Origin: a virus
Taxonomy: Duplodnaviria; Caudoviricetes
DNA length: 61,943 nucleotides
Direction: 5' to 3' (one strand)
Virus record (IMG/VR): IMGVR_UViG_3300025120_000046
Coordinates: 1 to 61,943 of that record
Shown: piece after piece, positions 38,405 to 46,490 of the stretch
Layout: each line of letters begins with the position of its first letter
Position numbering within the stretch: the first letter of the stretch is position 1
Position numbers and translations under genes: made by a program
The notes under the pieces: model-generated
What the model saw: the letters and a program-made list of their open reading frames with translations, nothing else
What the model was told of the DNA's origin: nothing
Databases searched by the model: none

Positions 38405-39352
38405 ATGTGTAAAAAATGTGGATGTAATACGTGTGAAACTGAAAGTACAATGTTAGTACTTAATGAGAGCAAAGCTCCGGCGACTATATTGTCTGAAGGT
38501 TTAAAGCACCATATAGACACTAATAAACCGCTTACTGAGCATTTATATCGTGCTGGCTCACGTGCTTACTTTGATTTATTTGCAGAAGCAAGATCATTAT
38601 ATAGTAGAGGTATTTTAGAATTTACTCATGAAGATGATGTAGCTTTACTTACAGAAACTAACTTAGGTCATTTTGGCATGTTTGAAGGTAAAAAAGTGCC
38701 TTTAGATTTTCCTATTGAATTAAATGAGCAAATGGATCTTGAAGATGAGTTAGCAAATATGGAATTTGGAATGGATTATGATCAATTAGGTGATAATGAA
38801 AAAGAATGGGTTCGTGATGAAATGGACAATATGTCTATGAATGAAGTTACCCGTTATAGTGGTTTTAATAGAAACCCAGAAGATCCAGATTCAGAACCAT
38901 TTAATCCAGAAGGAGCAGTAGCTGAATTTAAAGAAGAGTTAAGAGCATTATTTGGTAAATTTAAAGGTGATTTAAAAAATCCTGAATTTATAAAAGGAGT
39001 AGCTCAAATAATGGTTAATTGGAAACCACTTTTAAGAAGTCAATTAGACGAAGCTAAAAAGGCTAAGAAAAAAGATAATAGACCAATAGGAAAACCAATG
39101 CGCTCATCATCAGGTGGAAAAGCATATAAAGTATATGTTAAGGATCCTAAAACTAAAAAAATTAAAACTGTCAGATTTGGATCTGGTGGTTTAAGAGCTA
39201 AAATAAATGACTCAAAAGCACGTGCTGCATTTGCAAAAAGGCACAAATGTTCAACTAAAAAAGATAGAACAAAAGCTGGATATTGGAGTTGTAGATTACC
39301 ACGTTATGCAAAATTACTCGGACTTAAATCAAGTTTCTCTGGATTCTGGTAA
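38405..39352 (+). CDS. Modular protein with C-terminal basic Cys/His domain common in T4-like phages
   Basis: KAYKVYVKDPKTKKIKTVRFG...AFAKRHKC...AGYWSC; N-terminal CKKCGCNTC. Confidence 0.65.
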   Translation: MCKKCGCNTCETESTMLVLNESKAPATILSEGLKHHIDTNKPLTEHLYRAGSRAYFDLFAEARSLYSRGILEFTHEDDVALLTETNLGHFGMFEGKKVPLDFPIELNEQMDLEDELANMEFGMDYDQLGDNEKEWVRDEMDNMSMNEVTRYSGFNRNPEDPDSEPFNPEGAVAEFKEELRALFGKFKGDLKNPEFIKGVAQIMVNWKPLLRSQLDEAKKAKKKDNRPIGKPMRSSSGGKAYKVYVKDPKTKKIKTVRFGSGGLRAKINDSKARAAFAKRHKCSTKKDRTKAGYWSCRLPRYAKLLGLKSSFSGFW

Positions 39353-39617
39353 ACCATATACAGATTTAGAAGTAACAGAAGATTATACTTTAAGACAATT
39401 TGATGAGTCAATTGACCCAATTGAATTACTATGGCATCGTGATGATGAAGATAGAGTAGTTGAAATTGTAGGAGACACAGATTGGATGTTACAGTTAGAT
39501 AATTCTCTGCCGACTTCACTTCAAGAGCGTATATTTATACCTAGACATAAATGGCATAGAGTCATTAAAGGAACTGGAATATTAAAATTAAAAATATATA
39601 AAAATGGAAAATTGTAA
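39306..39617 (+). CDS. Small cupin-like phage protein (start uncertain)
   Basis: ELLWHRDDEDR...WMLQLDN...FIPRHKWHRVIKG; nearest in-frame ATG is at 39306. Confidence 0.6.
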   Translation: MQNYSDLNQVSLDSGKPYTDLEVTEDYTLRQFDESIDPIELLWHRDDEDRVVEIVGDTDWMLQLDNSLPTSLQERIFIPRHKWHRVIKGTGILKLKIYKNGKL

Positions 39618-39672
39618 TTGTACGGCATGTGGGTGTAAAAAATCTTGTAGTTGTTCTTGTTGCGATTGTTAA
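39604..39672 (+). CDS. 22-aa Cys-rich metallothionein-like peptide (not in ORF track)
   Basis: MENCNCTACGCKKSCSCSCCDC, 9 Cys; A-rich leader; fills the gap before the next late promoter. Confidence 0.65.
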   Translation: MENCNCTACGCKKSCSCSCCDC

Positions 39673-39710
39673 AAACCATTATATTTATAAATAAAGAAAA
39701 AAATTAAATT

Positions 39711-40451
39711 ATGGCTAAACATTCATTTTTCGCAGGAGCAGCCGATGGAAATATAAACACAACAGCACTTGCTAATGCCGGATACAATTTATTTGGAAAG
39801 TATGACTCAACTGAAGGATCCGCAGGATACCAAGAAGTACCAAATGGTATAGGAGCAGTAATTAATACTCCTAATGTAACAACTATTGGATCCGCAAACA
39901 TACCCTTAAATAATGCAAAAGCAGGAACAGTAGTTGCAACAGGAAATAGTGGCGAATTAGCAACTGTCCAGGCCTCAAGTTTTATGGGAGGAGTTAACAA
40001 TGGTGAGGATTTAGGAGGTACTGGAAAAAGATACTATTACATAGGTTGTATAAACTATAACAACTATAATCTTGGCACAACTTCATCTGAAAATACAATT
40101 CCTGGAAATAATGTAGATGGAATGTATTCAGTTGATGAAGGTATAGCTCAATACACAACTGCTGGAGATGTTGGTGGGTCAGGAACAGATTACACAGTAT
40201 GTTTATTATCTAATAATAAAAATGGACAATCCGCTGCTGGTAGACAAGGAACAAGAATTACTTTTAGATTTGCAAATGGAGGTTTAGGTGCTGGTTTATC
40301 TGCTTTAGCTTATTATGTAAATGAAGAGGGAGATTATGGTTTACAAATTACTGCACTTATGAATGATGAAAACGCAGCCGGAAGATGGTTAGGAGCTGGG
40401 TATGGTATATTAAAAGGTGCACAACCTACTTTTTGGGATGGTGCTAATTAA
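39711..40451 (+). CDS. Gly/Asn/Thr-rich late (virion) protein
   Basis: TATTTATA at 39682-39689; composition resembles fibre or decoration proteins. Confidence 0.55.
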   Translation: MAKHSFFAGAADGNINTTALANAGYNLFGKYDSTEGSAGYQEVPNGIGAVINTPNVTTIGSANIPLNNAKAGTVVATGNSGELATVQASSFMGGVNNGEDLGGTGKRYYYIGCINYNNYNLGTTSSENTIPGNNVDGMYSVDEGIAQYTTAGDVGGSGTDYTVCLLSNNKNGQSAAGRQGTRITFRFANGGLGAGLSALAYYVNEEGDYGLQITALMNDENAAGRWLGAGYGILKGAQPTFWDGAN

Positions 40452-40505
40452 AAACTTACAGCTCGATTCATAGCCGAGCGACTATATAAAATCAATTTTG
40501 AGATC

Positions 40506-40539
40506 TGTGGCCTTCTATTTGGAGGTCACATTTTTTTTT
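40506..40539 (+). terminator. Rho-independent terminator overlapping the next promoter
   Basis: TGTGGCCTTC-TATTT-GGAGGTCACA followed by T9. Confidence 0.75.
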
Positions 40540-40549
40540 CGTATATTAA
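40518..40549 (+). promoter_or_regulatory. Bacteroidota-type promoter
   Basis: TTTG-N20-TATATTAA. Confidence 0.6.
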
Positions 40550-40570
40550 TAACAAATAAATTAAGTCTAG

Positions 40571-41884
40571 ATGAATAATAAAATAGTAATGATAGGTGCA
40601 GGAGTAGCAAATGTAAATGCTGCTACTAAATTAATTGATGAAGGTTTCCAAGGTAAAATCACTATTATTGATATGGGTAAAGATCCGTATAGAAGACCAT
40701 ATGAAGAAGTAATGACTGGTTTTTTAGGGGCTGGTGGGTGGTCTGATGGTAAATTAACTTATCATACATCAATTGGGGGTCAATTAAGTAAATATTGTGG
40801 TGAAGAAAAAGCAATGGAGTTATTTGATCAAGTAATTGATAATTTTAAACGTTTTCACCCTAACCCATCAGAAGTGCAATGTTCGAACCCTATAGCGGAA
40901 CCAGAATTTATTAAACCATATTTTGGATTACGTTTATTTCCAGTATGGCACGTTGGTACTGATTATTTACATGAAATAGGTAAAAATTGGTATAATTTTT
41001 TAGCTGATAATGGTGTTGAATTTATATGGGAAACAAAAGTTACTTCAATTGATTTTGATAATAATGAATTATTTATAGGAGAAGAAGAATCTTTTTTAAA
41101 TCCAAAAAATTGGCCTATTTCATATGATACACTTATCTTTGGTGTAGGTAAATCAGGAATTGACTTTGGTAAACAATTAGCAGAACAATATGATTTGCCA
41201 ACTGAACCAAAACCAGTACAAATAGGTGTTAGATTTGAAGCACCACAAAAACACTTTCAAAAATTAATTGATGTAAGTTATGATTTCAAATTATATAGAA
41301 AATATGAAGACAAAGGAGTATCATTACGTTCTTTCTGTACAAACAACAATGCAGCATATGTTGCCGTTGAAGAAACGTATGGAGACCATAGCTACAATGG
41401 ACACGCTAAAAAAGATGAAGCATTCCGAAATGATATGACCAATTTTGGTATATTAATGGAAGTTCAAGGCATTGATAAACCATTTGATTGGTCTAGAGAA
41501 TTAGTAGGAAAAGTACAAAAAGAAAGTACTGGATTATTTTATAGTCCTACAAGAAAACCTACTACTACATCTGAAGGTATAGGTGTTAGTGCAGTTCAAA
41601 TTGATTCATTAGATGAAGTAAGAGAAGCATTTCAAGGATATTACACATACATTGATGATTTTATTGATGATATGAAGAAAGTATTTCCTACATTAGGAGA
41701 TGATTGGGGTGTGTATGTACCTGAAATTAAATATCTATCACCTGAACCTCTAGTTAATTATAATGATTTAAGTTTAACAAAATATCCTAATGTTCACTTT
41801 GTTGGTGATGCATTAAGTGCAAGAGGAATTACAGTATCTGGGGCACAAGGAACATTAGTAGCAGAACAAATAATAAAAAAATAA
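40571..41884 (+). CDS. FAD-dependent oxidoreductase (COG2509-like)
   Basis: IGAGVA, GFLGAGGWSDGKL, IGVRFE, RSFCTN, NGHA, FVGDALSARGITVSGAQG. Confidence 0.85.
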   Translation: MNNKIVMIGAGVANVNAATKLIDEGFQGKITIIDMGKDPYRRPYEEVMTGFLGAGGWSDGKLTYHTSIGGQLSKYCGEEKAMELFDQVIDNFKRFHPNPSEVQCSNPIAEPEFIKPYFGLRLFPVWHVGTDYLHEIGKNWYNFLADNGVEFIWETKVTSIDFDNNELFIGEEESFLNPKNWPISYDTLIFGVGKSGIDFGKQLAEQYDLPTEPKPVQIGVRFEAPQKHFQKLIDVSYDFKLYRKYEDKGVSLRSFCTNNNAAYVAVEETYGDHSYNGHAKKDEAFRNDMTNFGILMEVQGIDKPFDWSRELVGKVQKESTGLFYSPTRKPTTTSEGIGVSAVQIDSLDEVREAFQGYYTYIDDFIDDMKKVFPTLGDDWGVYVPEIKYLSPEPLVNYNDLSLTKYPNVHFVGDALSARGITVSGAQGTLVAEQIIKK

Positions 41885-41888
41885 AATT

Positions 41889-42164
41889 ATGGGTAAAAAA
41901 TCAAAACTATATGAAGAAAAAGTAATTAAGTATAAAGGTGCAAGACATTATTTAATTAGAATGGAAGGTGAAGAGCATTTTAAACACCATAGATGGGACA
42001 ATCCAGCAATAGTACCCCTATCAAGAAAAAGTGAATTTAAAAAAGGATATTTTTTAAGTGGGATTGAATACCCAGAAGAAGTATATAACGAAATAATGAA
42101 AGAAAGAGAAGGTTTACCTTGGTATAAGCAATCAGCACCTAAAGGAGAAACATATAGAAACTAG
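41889..42164 (+). CDS. Hypothetical protein
   Basis: HRWDNPAI...YFLSGIEY; operonic. Confidence 0.6.
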   Translation: MGKKSKLYEEKVIKYKGARHYLIRMEGEEHFKHHRWDNPAIVPLSRKSEFKKGYFLSGIEYPEEVYNEIMKEREGLPWYKQSAPKGETYRN

Positions 42165-42166
42165 TT

Positions 42167-42580
42167 ATGAGAGAGTCAACAATACAAGCTTTACCTTATA
42201 AAGGTGAGATTCATAAAAAAGCTTGGGGTCATGAGTTATGGATTATCAATAATGAAAAATATTGTGGTAAATTATTAGTATTTAAAGCTAATAAACAATT
42301 TTCAATGCATTATCATATGTTAAAAGATGAAGCATGGTATATTAATAAAGGAGAATTTGAATATAAATATATTGACACAGAAACTTCAGAATTAAGGTCT
42401 AAAATAGTTAGAGAAGGAGATTGTATTCATTTAATTCCAGGACAACCTCACCAAATGTTGGCTTTGCAAGAAGGAAGTTGTATATTCGAGGTATCAACAC
42501 AACACTTTGATAGTGATAGTTATAGGATTTTACCTGGGGCATCACAAGATGAAAATAATAATGAAGATTTACCATTTTAA
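42167..42580 (+). CDS. Cupin (sugar-phosphate isomerase-like)
   Basis: KAWGHE, YCGKLL, SMHYHMLKDEAWY, PGQPH, EVSTQHFDSDSYR. Confidence 0.8.
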   Translation: MRESTIQALPYKGEIHKKAWGHELWIINNEKYCGKLLVFKANKQFSMHYHMLKDEAWYINKGEFEYKYIDTETSELRSKIVREGDCIHLIPGQPHQMLALQEGSCIFEVSTQHFDSDSYRILPGASQDENNNEDLPF

Positions 42581-42582
42581 AT

Positions 42583-43272
42583 ATGGAAAGAAACGGAAAA
42601 CAGTTTTATACAGTTGGGGGAAAATTAATTGATATTTCAAATTGGAATATTAGTGGAAGTATTGCTGACTTTGAAAAAAATTATGGCTGGGAAGGTGCAA
42701 TGGCTTATGGAAATTTAGTTCATGATGAATTAAACCAACATGGTCCAGGAATCCAACCAGGAGATGTATATTTAGACTTGGGGGCAAATATAGGTATGTC
42801 GGCTTTAAGAGCTGAATTGTGTGGTGCCTCTAAATTATATTGCATTGAACCAGATCCGGGTGTATATAAAGCTTTAGAAATAAATAAATCAGATAAATGG
42901 GAAACATTTAATTTAGCAATTGCTGATTATGATGGAGAAATAAATATACCTAGATGGCCTAATTGGAGAGATAATGTTTTACGTTCTTGTATTACTTTAG
43001 AAAATTTTATTTATTCTAATAAAATCCCACACATTGATTATATGAAAGTAGATATTGAAGGACATGAAATTCAAATTATGCCTCAAATTACTAAAGCAAT
43101 ATACAGTAAAATTTCTAAAATATTTGTAGAATATCATGAGGACACTACAATTTCTAATGAAGAAAGAGATACAAATAGATTAAAATTTATTAAATCAATC
43201 AAATCAAAAGGTTATAATAATTTTCATGTTCATCTTGGATGGGCTCAAAGTTGGTTGTATTTTTGGAAATAA
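42583..43272 (+). CDS. FkbM-family SAM-dependent methyltransferase
   Basis: YLDLGANIG, IEPDP, MKVDIEGHE, VEYH. Confidence 0.85.
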   Translation: MERNGKQFYTVGGKLIDISNWNISGSIADFEKNYGWEGAMAYGNLVHDELNQHGPGIQPGDVYLDLGANIGMSALRAELCGASKLYCIEPDPGVYKALEINKSDKWETFNLAIADYDGEINIPRWPNWRDNVLRSCITLENFIYSNKIPHIDYMKVDIEGHEIQIMPQITKAIYSKISKIFVEYHEDTTISNEERDTNRLKFIKSIKSKGYNNFHVHLGWAQSWLYFWK

Positions 43273-43282
43273 ATAATAAGTT

Positions 43283-43813
43283 ATGAAAATAGGTTTTTGT
43301 GGAACAATGTCAGTAGGTAAAACAACTTTAGTTAATGCTTTAGCTGAATTATCTGAATTTAAAGATTATAAGTCAACAACAGAACGATCTAAATATTTAA
43401 TGGGGTTAGGTATTCCTTTAAATACTGATTCTACAGTTAAAGGTCAAGCTGTATTTTTAGCTGAAAGAGCTAGTGAATTAATGAATGATAATATTATTAC
43501 TGATAGAACTATTATTGATGTAATGGCGTTTGCTAAATGTTCTAAATCAATGAATTATATAGAAGCAAATGATTTTTGTCATTTTGCAAGTAATATGTTA
43601 AATGAGTATGATTATATATTTTATGTATCTCCTGAAGGTGTTGACATAGAAAATAATGGAGTTAGAGAAACTAATGCAGATTATAGAAAACAAATTGATG
43701 AGGCAATTCAACTATTAATTATTAAATATAGGCATAAAATTAAAAATTTAGTTGAAATTAAAGGATCAACAAAAGAGCGTATAAAATCAGTTAAACTATC
43801 AGTCCTTTCGTGA
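43283..43813 (+). CDS. AAA_28/NadR-like nucleotide kinase
   Basis: GTMSVGKTT, ITDRTIID, ENNGVR. Confidence 0.8.
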   Translation: MKIGFCGTMSVGKTTLVNALAELSEFKDYKSTTERSKYLMGLGIPLNTDSTVKGQAVFLAERASELMNDNIITDRTIIDVMAFAKCSKSMNYIEANDFCHFASNMLNEYDYIFYVSPEGVDIENNGVRETNADYRKQIDEAIQLLIIKYRHKIKNLVEIKGSTKERIKSVKLSVLS

Positions 43814-43838
43814 TATTTATAACCAAAATACTCTTAAA

Positions 43839-44192
43839 ATGAAAAAATCTGAATTAAAGGCATCAATAAAAGAAGAAATAATTGAAATATTATCTGAAGC
43901 AGAAACAGCAGATGATATTAGTGATAAAGCAAAGGCACAAGCTGAATTAAATAAGGAATTAGAAAAAACTAAAGAACTTACTTCAGAAGCAGATGATGAT
44001 GAACCTACAACATCACAATTAAAAGGTGACTCTGTATCTAAATTAGGTACTAAATTACAACAAACAACAGCAGAAATGAAACGAGTAGTTAAAAAATGGA
44101 AAGATGCTGAAGGTGCTGAAAAAGTTAAATTAACTGATAGATTAAGAGAATTAACAAAAATTAAAAAAGAGATAGAATCTCTACTACAATAA
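43839..44192 (+). CDS. Late coiled-coil protein with MKKSELK leader
   Basis: TATTTATA at 43814-43821; leader identical to that of the 34460 gene. Confidence 0.6.
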   Translation: MKKSELKASIKEEIIEILSEAETADDISDKAKAQAELNKELEKTKELTSEADDDEPTTSQLKGDSVSKLGTKLQQTTAEMKRVVKKWKDAEGAEKVKLTDRLRELTKIKKEIESLLQ

Positions 44193-44196
44193 AGTT

Positions 44197-44499
44197 ATGA
44201 AAAACATTTGGAAAATTATTTTAGCAATTGGAGGAACAATTGCAGGTATATTAGCTATATTTGCTTCTTCAAAATCCAACCAAAGTAAAAAAGAATTTAA
44301 TAAACGAGTTAAAGCTAATAATAATAAATTAGATTTTATTACAAATCAATCTGCTGGAGTAGAAAAAAAGAAAAAAGCTACAAAAGCAAAAATTAAAAAA
44401 ACATCTACTAAAATTAAATCAACAAAATCAAAAGTAAAAAGTACTAAAAATGCTAAAAATACAGTAGATAGTTTTGAAAAGAAGTACAGAAAAAAATAA
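44197..44499 (+). CDS. Membrane-anchored basic coiled-coil protein (i-spanin-like)
   Basis: N-terminal TM followed by a Lys-rich coiled coil. Confidence 0.45.
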   Translation: MKNIWKIILAIGGTIAGILAIFASSKSNQSKKEFNKRVKANNNKLDFITNQSAGVEKKKKATKAKIKKTSTKIKSTKSKVKSTKNAKNTVDSFEKKYRKK

Positions 44500-44500
44500 C

Positions 44501-44881
44501 ATGAAAAATATATTGTTAATTTTATTAACGATTATAACATTTAATTGTTATAGTCAGTCTACAGTTGAAATTCCTCAAGATGAACTAGAAGAATTTTTTT
44601 TAGCTATTGATACCCTTAAACAACAAGATTCAGTTAAATCAGTTTTAATAACAGATTTAGAACTTCAAATAAAAAATTATACATTATTATCACAGCAAGA
44701 TAGTTTAATTCTTAATTATAGATCTCAAGAAATTACTTTACTAAAAGATCAAATTAAATTATATGATAATAGGTTAAATCAAGTAGATAAATGGTATAAA
44801 AAACCTTGGGTGGGTGTAGTAGGAGGAGTTGTAGGTACACTATTTACAATTCATATAATAGATTACTCATTACCTAAATAA
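44501..44881 (+). CDS. Signal-peptide coiled-coil protein with C-terminal TM (spanin-like)
   Basis: MKNILLILLTIITFNC..., C-terminal WYKKPWVGVVGGVVGTL; ATG at 44501. Confidence 0.45.
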   Translation: MKNILLILLTIITFNCYSQSTVEIPQDELEEFFLAIDTLKQQDSVKSVLITDLELQIKNYTLLSQQDSLILNYRSQEITLLKDQIKLYDNRLNQVDKWYKKPWVGVVGGVVGTLFTIHIIDYSLPK

Positions 44882-46461
44882 TGGCTGAGGATATAAAAAA
44901 AATAATAAGACAAGAATATTTAAAATGTGCTAAAGATCCTGCTCATTTTATGAAAAAATACTGTTTTATTCAACACCCACAAAGAGGTAGAATACAATTT
45001 GGTTTATATCCATTTCAAGAAAAAGCATTACATTTATTTAGAGATAACCCATACTCAATTATTCTTAAGTCTAGACAGTTAGGTATATCAACTCTATCAG
45101 CTGGTTATTCTTTGTGGTTAATGTTATTTCATAAAGATAAAAATGTATTATGTATTGCAACTAAGCAGGAAACAGCACGTAACATGGTTACTAAGGTTAA
45201 GTTTATGTATGATAACTTACCTTCATGGTTATCAATTAAAGCTGATGAAAATAATAAATTATCATTAAGATTAAGTAATGGATCAATAATTAAAGCAACA
45301 TCAGCAAGTAGTGATGCTGGTAGATCAGAAGCAGTATCCTTACTATTAATTGATGAGGCTGCCTTTATTGATAATATTGGAGAAATTTGGGCATCATCAC
45401 AGCAAACATTAGCTACAGGGGGTGGGGCTATAGTATTAAGTACACCTTATGGTACTGGGAATTGGTTCCATAAAACATGGGTTAACGCTGAATCAGGTGA
45501 AAATCAATTCTTACCAATTAAATTACCATGGTGGGTTCACCCCGAAAGAAATCAAGAATGGAGAGATGAACAAGATTCATTATTAGGTGATCCTAGATTA
45601 GCAGCACAAGAATGTGATTGTGATTTTAGTACCTCAGGTGATATAGTATTTTACTCTGAATGGATTGATTTCTTAAAAGAAACAACTATAAAAGATCCAA
45701 TGGAAAGAAGAGGTGTAGATCAAAATTTATGGATTTGGGAAGCAGCTGACTATTCTAGAGAATATATGGTTACAGCTGATGTAGCTAGAGGTGATGGTAA
45801 AGATTTTTCAGCATGTCATGTAATGGATATAGCAACAAACACACAAGTAGCAGAATATAAAGGACAAATGCCACCCAAAGAATTTGGATATTTTTTAACT
45901 GGTTTAGCTACAGAATTTAATAACGCAATGTTAGTAGTTGAAAATGCTAATATAGGTTGGGCAACATTAGATGCAGTTAGAGAAAGAGGATATAGAAACT
46001 TATATCAGTCTCCAAAATCAGATGCATTAACCGCAGAATCTTTTTTAAGAGTATATGAAGGCAATTCAGAGATGGTACCTGGTTTTACAATGTCAATGAA
46101 AACTAGACCACTTTGTATCAATAAATTTAGAGAATTTGTTGGTGATAAATCAGTAACTATACGTTCAAAGCGTTTACTTGAAGAAATGAAAGTGTTTGTT
46201 TGGAAAAACGGAAGGCCAGAAGCCCAAACAGGCTACAACGATGACTTGGTTATGTCATTTGGGATTGGTATGTTTCTACGAGACACGTCGTTAAAATTTC
46301 AACAACAAAGTTTAGATATGGCAAGAGCAGCATTAGGAGGAATTAAAAGTAATAGAGCTAGTCAAACAGGGGCATACACTGGTTTAGGAAGAGAAATTGC
46401 AAACCCATATAAAGTAGAAATAGATGGAAAGCCTCATGACATAAAATGGTTATTAGGGTAA
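44881..46461 (+). CDS. terL: Terminase large subunit (T4 gp17-like)
   Basis: LYPFQ, KSRQLGIST, LLIDEAAF, LSTPYG, ADVARGDGKDFS, VVENAN, NDDLVMS. Confidence 0.95.
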   Translation: MAEDIKKIIRQEYLKCAKDPAHFMKKYCFIQHPQRGRIQFGLYPFQEKALHLFRDNPYSIILKSRQLGISTLSAGYSLWLMLFHKDKNVLCIATKQETARNMVTKVKFMYDNLPSWLSIKADENNKLSLRLSNGSIIKATSASSDAGRSEAVSLLLIDEAAFIDNIGEIWASSQQTLATGGGAIVLSTPYGTGNWFHKTWVNAESGENQFLPIKLPWWVHPERNQEWRDEQDSLLGDPRLAAQECDCDFSTSGDIVFYSEWIDFLKETTIKDPMERRGVDQNLWIWEAADYSREYMVTADVARGDGKDFSACHVMDIATNTQVAEYKGQMPPKEFGYFLTGLATEFNNAMLVVENANIGWATLDAVRERGYRNLYQSPKSDALTAESFLRVYEGNSEMVPGFTMSMKTRPLCINKFREFVGDKSVTIRSKRLLEEMKVFVWKNGRPEAQTGYNDDLVMSFGIGMFLRDTSLKFQQQSLDMARAALGGIKSNRASQTGAYTGLGREIANPYKVEIDGKPHDIKWLLG

Positions 46462-46490
46462 TAAATATTATATTTATAAATAAATAAAAC

